Below are positions 53,480 to 64,000 of a stretch of 64,000 nt of DNA, piece by piece. The stretch is from Oopsacas minuta (taxonomy: Eukaryota > Animalia > Porifera): the NCBI GenBank assembly GCA_024704765.1, contig JAKMXF010000041.1, positions 1-64,000 of the forward strand, read 5' to 3'. The stretch's first letter is position 1, and each line of letters begins with the position of its first letter. The position numbers and the translations under genes are program-made. The notes below the pieces were generated by a model. The model was not told the origin of the DNA. It saw only the letters and a program-made list of their open reading frames with translations, and searched no databases.

Positions 53480-54965
53480 GAGCAGAGGAAATTCATCGTC
53501 TCTAGTTGATGTATTTGAAGAAGAGCAGAGGAAATTCATCGTCTCTAGTTGATGTATTTGAAGAAGAGCAGAGGAAATTCATCGTCTCTAGTTGATGTAT
53601 TTGAAGAAGAGCAGAGGAAATTCTTCGTCTCTAGTTGATGTATTTGAAGAAGAGCAGAGGAAATTCATCGTCTCTAGTTGATGTATTTGAAGAAGAGCAG
53701 AGGAAATTCATCGTCTCTAGTTGATGTATTTGAAGAAGAGCAGAGGAAATTCATCGTCTCTAGTTGATGTATTTGAAGAAGAGCAGAGGAAATTCATCAT
53801 CTCTAGTTGATGTATTTGAAGAAGAGCAGAGGAAATTCTTCGTCTCTAGTTGATGTATTTGAAGAAGAGCAGAGGAAATTCATCATCTCTAGTTGATGTA
53901 TTTGAGGAAGAGCAGAGGAAATTCATCGTCTCTAGTTGATGTATTTGAAGAAGAGCAGAGGAAATTCATCATCTCTAGTTGATGTATTTGAAGAAGAGCA
54001 GAGGAAATTCTTCGTCTCTAGTTGATGTATTTGAAGAAGAGCAGAGGAAATTCATCATCTCTAGTTGATGTATTTGAAGAAGAGCAGAGGAAATTCATCG
54101 TCTCTAGTTGATGTATTTGAAGAAGAGCAGAGGAAATTCATCGTCTCTAGTTGATGTATTTGAGGAAGAGCAGAGGAAATTCTTCGTCTCTAGTTGATAT
54201 ATTTGAGGAAGAGCAGAGGAAATTCTTCGTCTCTAGTTGATATATTTGAGGAAGAGCAGAGGAAATTCTTCGTCTCTAGTTGATATATTTGAGGAAGAGC
54301 AGAGGAAATTCTTCGTCTCTAGTTGATATATTTGAGGAAGAGCAGAGGAAATTCATCGTCTCTAGTTGATGTATTTGAGGAAGAGCAGAGGAAATTCTTC
54401 GTCTCTAGTTGATATATTTGAGGAAGAGCAGAGGAAATTCATCGTCTCTAGTTGATATATTTGAGGAAGAGCAGAGGAAATTCATCGTCTCTAGTTGATG
54501 TATTTGAGGAAGAGCAGAGGAAATTCTTCGTCTCTAGTTGATATATTTGAGGAAGAGCAGAGGAAATTCTTCGTCTCTAGTTGATATATTTGAGGAAGAG
54601 CAGAGGAAATTCATCGTCTCTAGTTGATATATTTGAGGAAGAGCAGAGGAAATTCTTCGTCTCTAGTTGATATATTTGAGGAAGAGCAGAGGAAATTCTT
54701 CGTCTCTAGTTGATATATTTGAGGAAGAGCAGAGGAAATTCTTCGTCTCTAGTTGATGTATTTGAGGAAGAGCAGAGGAAATTCTTCGTCTCTAGTTGAT
54801 ATATTTGAGGAAGAGCAGAGGAAATTCTTCGTCTCTAGTTGATATATTTGAGGAAGAGCAGAGGAAATTCATCGTCTCTAGTTGATATATTTGAGGAAGA
54901 GCAGAGGAAATTCTTCCTCTCTAGTTGATGTATTTGAAGAAGAGCAGAGGAAATTCATCGTCTAT
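53480..54965. repeat. 43-bp tandem satellite, about 34.5 copies
   Basis: Unit GAGCAGAGGAAATTC(A/T)TCGTCTCTAGTTGAT(G/A)TATTTGA(A/G)GAA, no spacers. Confidence 0.97.
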
Positions 54966-54969
54966 AGTT

Positions 54970-55310
54970 TCGATGACATAAACACTAAATAATGTGACGT
55001 GGAGATCCCCCAACAATGGGAAGTTTGGAATATGGTTGATGTAATTAGCATCGTCCATCTGACAACAAAGAGTTATTTTCTGTATAAGATAGTTTCAAGC
55101 ATTGCTCTGCCAAAACTTGTAGAATATATGACTGGAGAATGTGGATTCTCTTATGTATTATCATCTTTTATACCAAATAATCCATTTGAACACCATTTTG
55201 GTGTATTTACACAGATGTCAGGGTCAAACTATGATTTTTCTGTATGTCAAGTACTAGAAAGTAAAAGGGGTACTAAACTGGCCGAATATACTCAATTTCT
55301 ATCATAGGAA
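54970..55310 (+). mobile_element. P-element-like transposase C-terminal fragment
   Basis: FSYVLSSFIPNNPFEHHFGVFTQMSGSNY..SVCQVLESKR resembles the third-catalytic-residue region. Confidence 0.6.
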
Positions 55311-55380
55311 AAATTATGATCGTAGAGATAGAGGCTTCTTTATAGAATTTATCAGTACATTTCCAATCAACAAGAATCTG

Positions 55381-55930
55381 GGTGGGGAGAGCCTACTATA
55401 ACAGACTGGTAGAACTCCCTCAGAGACCTATGTGTTGAAGAATTTTTAGTCAATCCTCAACCAATTGGAGGGCCTGGGCATATTGTAGAAATAGATGAAT
55501 CAAAGTTTGGACATCGAAAGTATTAAAGAGGTCGTATGCTATCAGGTCAATGTGTATTTGGAGGGATAGATAGAGAAACAAAGGATACCTTTATGACACC
55601 TGTTCAAGACAGGTCGGCTGCAACATTAATCCCTCTCATCCAGAGATATATTCTTCCGGGCACTACCATACTTTCTGACGAATGGGCTTCGTATAATTCT
55701 ATCCCTGCTGCAAGTTTCAGCATCTCACCGTCAACCATAGTTTCAATTTTGTTGACCCTACTACAGGCGTACATACACAAACAGCTGAGAGTATATGGGG
55801 TGGTGCGGAGAAACGGCTGAGGAATTGCATGACTACTAACCCCATACTTTTAGATACTCACTTATCTGAAGTTTGTTGGCAGAAAGAATATGGACGAGGT
55901 AGTTTCTCCAACCTTATCATGGAATAAGGA
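55381..55930 (+). mobile_element. Merlin transposase fragment, copy 2
   Basis: Near-identical to 27532-28080; has SDEW but an in-frame TAA near 55524. Confidence 0.9.
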
Positions 55931-56703
55931 AACAATATCCAGTTGTCTAACAGTTTTGATAGTCATCAGTAACCTGTAATTAGTATCATACTTCTGCTTT
56001 GGTGTTTCTTTTGTAGCAGTACTTGTTATATTGTAGATTTGTAGTTAAAGTAGTAGATAGAAAGCTTAATACTAATTAGTTACTCCAATTATAACGACTA
56101 CCCATAGTATTATATCCAGCCATGGGATGTAATATATATATAATATTCTGTCCACTATTATAAGTAGAAATCCATGAAAACTTTGTTCCAACATTACTAA
56201 GGCACCTGGAGAGAAGCTGGATCAATAACTATCCGATTAAATAGTACATGAATTGTTTCTAACATTGATACGAACACAAACGAAAGATCAAAATTGGTTT
56301 GCCAAGGCCGGAGTAATACAAATTGAACTACGATTAAAGGAAACAGAATATATGCAAATATTGCGTCATATCGGGAATTCCATTAACTAGGTTCGAATTA
56401 TCGAGGTCCCACAGTAGAAAATATTCAATGCAATGTTGCACTGTAGAATATTTAGTGTTGCAGACAGCTATCTTGTGACCTGCTTTCCTTTTAAGTAGCA
56501 AGAAGAATTACCTGCAGTGAAATACACTGAATAGCAAACAAATGAGCATGAAAGAGTAGAGTAACACGCGTGTATAACCGCAGTATCAACAGTATGAGCA
56601 TTCCTATGGTAATTGTAATGTATAAATCAGTGAGTAATGCAATTCAAAGTTTATATTTCCCATTTTGGCTACTACATAGTCGTGTTATTGTTTGTTGGAG
56701 AAA

Positions 56704-59700
56704 ATGCCTACTGTTGCTTCGCCATCTTCTGACTTTGACTCTGGGAATGAAGGTTATTATTATCGAAAATCGAAACCATTTGTAAAAGACCCATCGATAA
56801 TTTTTGTAGGAGGACTACCCTACAGTACCAGTGATGGTGAGTTCATTTTTTTCATTTTTTCGTTTTGTAATTAACGCAATACATTTTATATACAGCTGAT
56901 TTGAACTGTAATTTTCACAGCTAACTTCTACCTCTAATTATTTCTCAATCCTTCATGCAGTTCTGTAGTTATGAATATTCAAGTTCTCGAATCAATCATA
57001 ATGCCATCTTTAATCGCCTAATTATTCACAAAATATATTTAGAAAATATGAAAACAATTATTATTTCGATAAGGACATATAAATAATATCCTGGTTTATC
57101 ATCCCCGCCCCATTTAATCTCCCTCCTCGGCAATTTATTATTTTATTACATATCTTTATTTAATACTTATAATCGCAGATGAGCATCTTCGAAACAAGCT
57201 AATTATTTAACACTAGCGCCCTTCGCTTGCTAGGCCGCTGAGCAGTGCGGCTAATCATGTGATTTTTGGAAAATCCAAAAAGGTGGAATGGCATCACATT
57301 TTCGTCAAGTGTGAATTTCGTCTAAGACTCAAACCTGTCATAATAAGAATGAAATTATTGCAAGTTTTGCTTAGCACTTTTTGTGGAAACTTTCCTCTTG
57401 CGAACTTCATATTGAGTTGTTTATGCTTACAGTCAACTCCAGTTATATCGATTATCGAACATGGATATATATCGAAGTGATTATCGTGGTCACTTAAGCT
57501 TCGATATGCCAGGAGTCGACTGTATATTTTGCTACTTATTGCCCGCACAACACAATTAAATATTTGTTATATTGATTCATTACCGCGAATAATTAGCAAA
57601 TCAGTCTGTTTGCCTGTTGCCAAGGAAAGGTCGTATTGTCAAACATAAATTTCATAATACGACCTTACTTTGGCAACTGACAAACAGACAATTGCAATTC
57701 AATAATATAAAATAATTTTGAATATCAACAAACGATTGAACTAATAAATTTCTAATCAACAAATACGTATAATAGTGATGATAGCAGTAATTACACATCA
57801 ATCAAATTTATTACTTACTACTTACGTGATGGTCATTTTCAATCATCTTTATATTTGATAGAGGATTCGGTTTCGTCACATTTACAGATGCTGCATCAGT
57901 GGATCGCGTGTTGAATGAACATGAGAGAGAGCCAATAGTGCTTAACAGAAAGAAGGTATGTCTAATATATCTCATTATACTATTATAATTGGTAACTTTC
58001 GCGGGGTTTGTTTGTGGCACAATATTTCGAATTCGACTGTTTTCAATCAGAATCCTTTTACATAAATTGTCCCACTTAGGTATACGAATTGATCCTTTAG
58101 CACATAAATCCAAGTATTTGGATCTCGTCAGGATCGTGTTACGTCACCAAAATGAGATTACCTGGAATAATACTAGTAATAATTATGACAGATAAAATTA
58201 TAGAAAACGCGGTGAAGTTCATCATGCTAGTATATTATTATTAATCATTTTTGTTGTCCATTCATCGCTCCCAACTTTTGTCCCATTTATGTCGAGTTTT
58301 ATTGTATTAATTGTTATTTAAGCTTATCTGCTTGTCTATGAAATGTAATAATTTTGATTGCATTAAATATGCTGGTATGTCACTGTATATTTCATCATAC
58401 AATAAAAGCAAGCCGTTTGCAACCTTTATCATGCATCACATATGTTCATATTAATTCAGTTATTTGAGTGACGTTTATAGTTTCCTCAGGAATTTTGTTA
58501 ATAATCTTAATTCTATTAAGAGATTATTATTAAGTTATAATTGTGTAATTTGAAACACACACAAAAGCAATTGAGTTATCTGTAGTGACGATTTATTCTT
58601 TTCCAATATTTATTTAGATTGACCCAAAGAGAGGAATCCCCGAGAAAATAACTGCTAGAAGAGTGAGTAATATAATATATTAAATCTGTGTATATATATA
58701 GTTAATCCTGCTTGAGTATATTATTTGGCTATAAACGCAGTCCCATATGTCATCCACTACCTATTCAGTTGCGTTGTGCTGCTTGAAATCTTGTGAGCTC
58801 AAGCTGAATGCCCCGTGATTTAGTTGGGGTCTAGGAGTAATGTAAGTAGAAATATTGTAGGTAATCAGGCCAACACCAATATTCTAGCTAATCTGGTCAT
58901 AATTGCCAGTTTCGGAAGTGACCGCTGGTACTGTATCATTTTTCCATAATATGATGTGAATCTTAAAGTGACTTTCCTGAGTTCTCAATCGAATTAGAGC
59001 ACATAGAATTCATCTAAAATAGTTCCTATTTGAAATTCAAATACCAAATTTAATTGGTTTCTATTGGAACTCTAATATCACGTTACTATTATTCACAGTC
59101 TATTAGTTCTATTACGAATTTGAAATCACACCAATCATTTTTGCTATTCTAATTCAATTATTACGCAACTCACCAATTATTCACCACCCACCTTACTTAC
59201 TATTATCAATGTCAAACTCTAATCATAAGTTATACTACACGAGTAGACCACCTGCATAGTCTAGACATTTTCATCATTTTTACATCACTTGCTACGATAC
59301 CATACTAGCATAGATCTTTCTGATTTCTATGTTTTGTTTACACTTAACACCATGTTCTAGAATATTCTTTGAGAGTTGTTTCCATATTGCATCATAGATA
59401 TATTGTTTACTAGTATAGTTGACCTTTATTTCATGTGTCGAACGAATTTTCATTTCCCTCCACGTTCTGCATAGCTAGTTATCTCGAACATGATTTCCCT
59501 GAGGTTTGAGAGATACCGGATGTCAACTGTATTTGTAAATACAGAAGTTTTGTAGAATGTAGATTTTGCATTTCCTGCAGACTATATTATTATTTTCTAT
59601 GAATAGCGGGTTTATCATTCTAAAGCAATTCAGTTTGAACAATCTGTAATCACTCACTTGACCTGATACAGAGCTATGCGAATCAGGGGATTATCTAAGA

Positions 59701-62700
59701 GCGCCGGGCACTCCTTTAGAGCGTGATTTTTGATGAAATTCTATTTAGGAGCGTAAAGATCCCTATACCCAAACACTAATATACTGATTTTAATCCCTAT
59801 ACCCAAACTCTAATATACTGATTTTAATCCCTATACCCAAACTCTAATATACTGATTTTAATCCCTATACCCAAACTCTAATATACTGATTTTAATCCCT
59901 ATACCCAAACACTAATATACTGATTTTAATCCCTATACCCAAACTCTAGTATACTGATTTTAATCCCTATACCCAAACTCTAATATACTGATTTTAATCC
60001 CTATACCCAAACTCTAATATACTGATTTATGCGTATGGAAATTCGGGAGGAGAGCTAGGAGCGTGCTCGGAAACCTGTATATCCCCCTGATGCGAATCGT
60101 GTTAAATAGCTCGGCTAATCAGTTTGACTCCAAAATCCCGCTTAATCGAGTCAAAATGGCTTGATCCAAAAGTGAACCTACTTATTAAATTGAGTCTACT
60201 GTACATATATACATCTACACAATTGACTTGGCAAATTTTGTAAGTTTGTCCGATCTTAATTAATCATGGTAGAGATTGTTCGTATTAATTCTATGGTCCC
60301 CATGGAGGTACAGTCGACTCCGGTTAATCGGACCATTTTCTCCTGGACGGAATCTAATCTAATCCAGGATTAATATTTAACCTTTTTCGGTTAATCGGAC
60401 ACTCCGGATAATCGGACCACTTTACTCTGGACAAAAGTGGTCCGATTAACCGGAGTCGACTGTAGTTAACTAAATTAATCTCGGAATTTCATATAGAATG
60501 TTTTCGATACTATTCAGGTTGTGGCCAGGGGCGAATCACTCGTTTTAAGACGACTACCCTTTCACCAATAAATTACAGCAATACTCATTTGAAAATATTT
60601 CCTGAATTATTTCAGCTATCATATTCAGCACTGTTAATTAATACCGTAAACTGGGGCTACTTTGGCCCAAATATCAAAGTATCAAAGCAACTAGATTAGA
60701 TTCAGTATTATACTTGAATATGACTAGCCAATTTTCAATGAATTTTCTAATATCGGTAGGCAATTTCTAATACAAATACAATATCTATTCGATACGTAAG
60801 CTAATTTCAATATTTGGGCCAAAGTAGCCCCAGTTTAGAGTAATCAATTTCTTGGATTACATAAATCTATTATTAGACGTGTATTTTAGTGTAAATTAAT
60901 TATTGCTTGGTTACCACTGTTTTGTCCATTACTATTCTGTTGTAAGAAATGCTGCAGTTTACTCAATTAATTTGATATTCTTTCTATATTTATTTAATTC
61001 ACATTTAATAATTTTATTATTTTTCAAATGTTCGCGTATGGAATATTCTGCTTGAATTCCGTGAATATTCATAAACAGCCTAACACATTAATATAATATA
61101 ATAACATGTGATGTGAGGCGCACTAAATTCCGAAACAAACAAACAATCATTTACTTAAGGCCATGTAAAATACATTACTTGTTTCTCATCCATTTTTATC
61201 TACGAATTAGGGGCGGGGGCGGCATTTTATTTTTATTTTTTGCTTAGCGTCATTTACCAATTTATTTAAACTATCTCGTTAATACGAATTTCTGATTAGA
61301 CTAACAATGATGGTACATAATCAGGTCCCTACAATCGTACTTCAATGGATATTACTCCGGTTTATGAACTCTGGAAAGGCGAATAAATTTTATCCATACG
61401 GACGGTCCGTTGGTGTTCGTATTAAGCTTACACTATATATGGGAAACTAATATTCACTTCCTCTCTATAATCTGTATTATTGTACAATTTAAATAACAAT
61501 AACAATAATAATAATAATAATAATAATTTAGTGCACACTCCGGGGCTGATTTTTGCCATACAGGGAGGGATATTTGGGTCTGACTCGGACAGGTTTGATT
61601 CTTGGACGAAAGTTCACACCTGACGAAATTATGATGCCATTGCCACCTTTTTGGATTTTCGAAAAATCACATGATTAGCCACACTGCTCAGCGACCTAGC
61701 AAGCGAAGGGCGCTAGTGTTAAATAATTAGCTTGTTGCGAAGATGCTCATCTGCGATTATAAGTATTAAATAAAGATATGTAATAAAATAATAAATTGCC
61801 GAGGAGGGAGATTAAATGGGGCGGGCGGGGATGTTAGACAAGTATATTATTTTATATGGCCTTACCTGGAAATTGTTTGTTTGTTTGTTTGTTTGATTCA
61901 AAATTATATGAATTTTATCTTACTAATTACCAAAAATTATTTTAATTATGATTGGACTTTAGTAAATCAGTTTAGTTAATTAAACCTAAGCTTTTGGTAA
62001 TTATAATTCCATTAATATTACGTCATACTTGTTTACTTCTTATTTAATTATTTTGATGAGTAAAATAATTACTTTTGACACTTTGACTCGAATTGACTTA
62101 TAACAATCAGATTCTAGATATTCCAAATTTGGCAATCAAATACGTACGAATAAACATTTACCAAACAAACAAACAAATATACACTATTCAATATATTTAA
62201 AATCTAGCTGTGAAACACGTACGAACAAGTGACCGACGAATATACATACAAAAGACATGTGAACAAACCTATGTATATATGATTATATATATATTTGGCT
62301 TAAAAAATAGTGTTGTGACGTCATATACGAATAATATATTTCAGGCCTTACATTAATTACTATAGCATTTATTAATAAACATTAAGGGACACAGGGTTAA
62401 GTTAATAGCACCCCACAGGATCAATTGAATGTCTCATAGTGACTATTAGTAAGTTGAGAATTTTCTGTGTGATCTCCCTTGAGTGATTATTGCAGGAATA
62501 ATTGAATTGTACTAAGCAACATTATTTTGAGGAAAAACTTGATTGGCCAATTCATCTATATTATTGAATATCAATTGTTGTCTGTTTGTTTGTTTGTCCT
62601 TTGATATGTAAATATATTGTTGTTTTATGAATATAAAGGTAAACAAATGAGCAAAATCCAAAATTTACGTAGATACTTGCTCTCAACGGCTACGAAGGGG

Positions 62701-63883
62701 GTTGATATTACAAAATAATTCAATATTATATATGCCATATACGTACACTGCCTGGCCAAAAGTATTGGAACACTGTTTACAACTTGTGCACAAGTGGCAT
62801 TAGATGAGAATATGTTGAAAGATTCTATGGATATTGCAGAAAGTAGAACAATAGCTTGTTATCATTCGTTTTACGATATATTTATGTTCAACATTTTTTG
62901 TAATAATCTTTAGCTTATACAACTATGGTAGCATACCTTTGTTTCTGGTATTAATTGTGGCAGGGTGTCCCAATACTTTTGGCCAGGCAGTGTATATTTG
63001 TGAATTACATTGTTCTAAATATATTTATATTATAATACTCAATGAGACCGTCAATTTGGAGAATAATGGATACCTCGAGGGGCAATGCGACGAGTTCATC
63101 GGGAAGCGACGAGCCAAAGGCTCGTATACGAATTAAAATGGATTGGTTTGTATGGGAGAGGTGATAAAAAATGACAGATCTTTTGATACACTAATCCGAT
63201 CTCTTAAATAATTCGACAGACAAAATACAAACTATTAATGCTTATACTTGTAACTATTTATATGTGTTTATGTTTCTTTTTAGACGAAGAAGCTATTCGT
63301 AGGTGGAATTTCATCTGACACGAGTCAAGATGAAGTATACTATTATTTCAAAGATTTTAGGAATGTAAGTAATAATCTGTTTAGTTTTATGACGTAATCT
63401 ATTATACACATCTTCTAATATATCAACGAATTTGGAAATTAATATCCTCAAGACGAAAATATGCATCGTGTAACTCTAGTATAGTGTAACCTCCACAAAC
63501 GCCTGTAGTAACGGGGAACTTCTGGATATGGAGTGAGAAAATATACTGAATTCCTATTCCTATAGTTAGTAATGAATCTCCACAAACGAATCTCCAAATT
63601 TTTCGGCGTATCTGCCTCCCCCGTTTATGGAAGTTACACTGTATATCTATTCCCGAATGGTCAGTCAGTTGGTATTTTCTTGCCCCGATTATTTAAATGT
63701 TGAGTTCTATTTTTATCAGTTTATCCCTCATTTTCATGGAATGACATTAAAGGAATGACCTATTTCGATGGTTTACGAATTTCATATCCCCATCTACTGA
63801 AAATATTTATTATTAATTTGATTGTATTACACAGATAGTAGAGGCTATGCTTATCTTCGACAAGTCAACGAACAAGCACAAAG
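56704..63883 (+). CDS. MSI: Musashi-like two-RRM RNA-binding protein, continuing past the window; exons 56704-56836, 57862-57955, 58618-58662, 63284-63364, 63835-63883
   Basis: IFVGGLPYSTSD | RGFGFVTFTD..VDRVL | IDPKRGIP..RR | TKKLFVGGIS...YF | IVEAMLIFDKSTNKHKG; phases of the last four exons are compatible. One expected RRM1 exon was not found. Confidence 0.85.
57070..57340. repeat. Repeat of about 270 bp, inverted copy at 61588-61865
   Basis: About 5 differences over the 190-bp core; contains AGCAAGCGAAGGGCGCTAGT. Confidence 0.9.
57430..57522. mobile_element. pogo-like MITE
   Basis: TA|CAGTCAACTCC ... GGAGTCGACTG|TA. Confidence 0.75.
59761..60028. repeat. 34-bp tandem repeat, about 8 copies
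   Basis: Unit CCCTATACCCAAAC(T/A)CTAATATACTGATTTTAAT. Confidence 0.95.
60311..60462. mobile_element. pogo-like MITE, 152 bp
   Basis: TIR CAGTCGACTCCGGTTAATCGGACCA, TA TSD. Confidence 0.92.
60644..60840. mobile_element. MITE, about 197 bp
   Basis: TIR core TAAACTGGGGCTACTTTGGCCCAAATAT at both ends, TA flanks. Confidence 0.85.
62746..62992. mobile_element. Tc1-like MITE nested in the Helitron-like repeat
   Basis: TIR CACTGCCTGGCCAAAAGTATTGG, TA TSD; absent from the paralog near 12920. Confidence 0.9.
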
Positions 63884-64000
63884 GTATGTCACACTCAATG
63901 TATATTTATGTATGTATTCACCACGATAGCTGCTAACCAATTACAGTAGTATACTCGGATAAGAAGTATATTCGCTTGATATTTAATTCTTCTTTTAAAC

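Noticed and set aside
53480-54965. 43-bp array as a CRISPR
   Set aside because: No unique spacers, no cas genes, eukaryotic context.

Overview
AT-rich animal (metazoan) genomic DNA, not prokaryotic: it has GT-AG introns, a Musashi-like gene, and liprin and miRNA-class Argonaute fragments. The scaffold has seven single-N joins (2560, 5889, 15180, 27173, 29197, 41157, 42501). Most of the window is a dense graveyard of DNA transposons: Tc1 DD34E, two DD37D maT elements, Mutator-like, FLYWCH-MULE, three hAT families, an apparently intact Chapaev, Ginger2/KRBA2-like, Merlin, PIF/Harbinger nested in a hAT, THAP/P-like, MITEs and Helitron-like repeats. I found no clear reverse transcriptase. From about 35 to 49 kb lies a chain of truncated host-gene fragments, all on the + strand and most retaining introns: liprin SAM domains x3, Argonaute PIWI x2, an STK24/25-type kinase, ACER3 and eIF3L. 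The chain also holds one intact-looking 3-exon orphan gene. The window ends inside a Musashi-like RRM gene. The best-supported structural observations are a TSD-supported 1.58-kb inversion splitting a Buster hAT, a Harbinger insertion whose removal restores the hAT frame, an old foldback of a MULE fragment, a 120-bp-arm palindrome, and inverted intronic repeats bracketing two Musashi exons. All family calls come from motif recognition by eye; no database searches were run.
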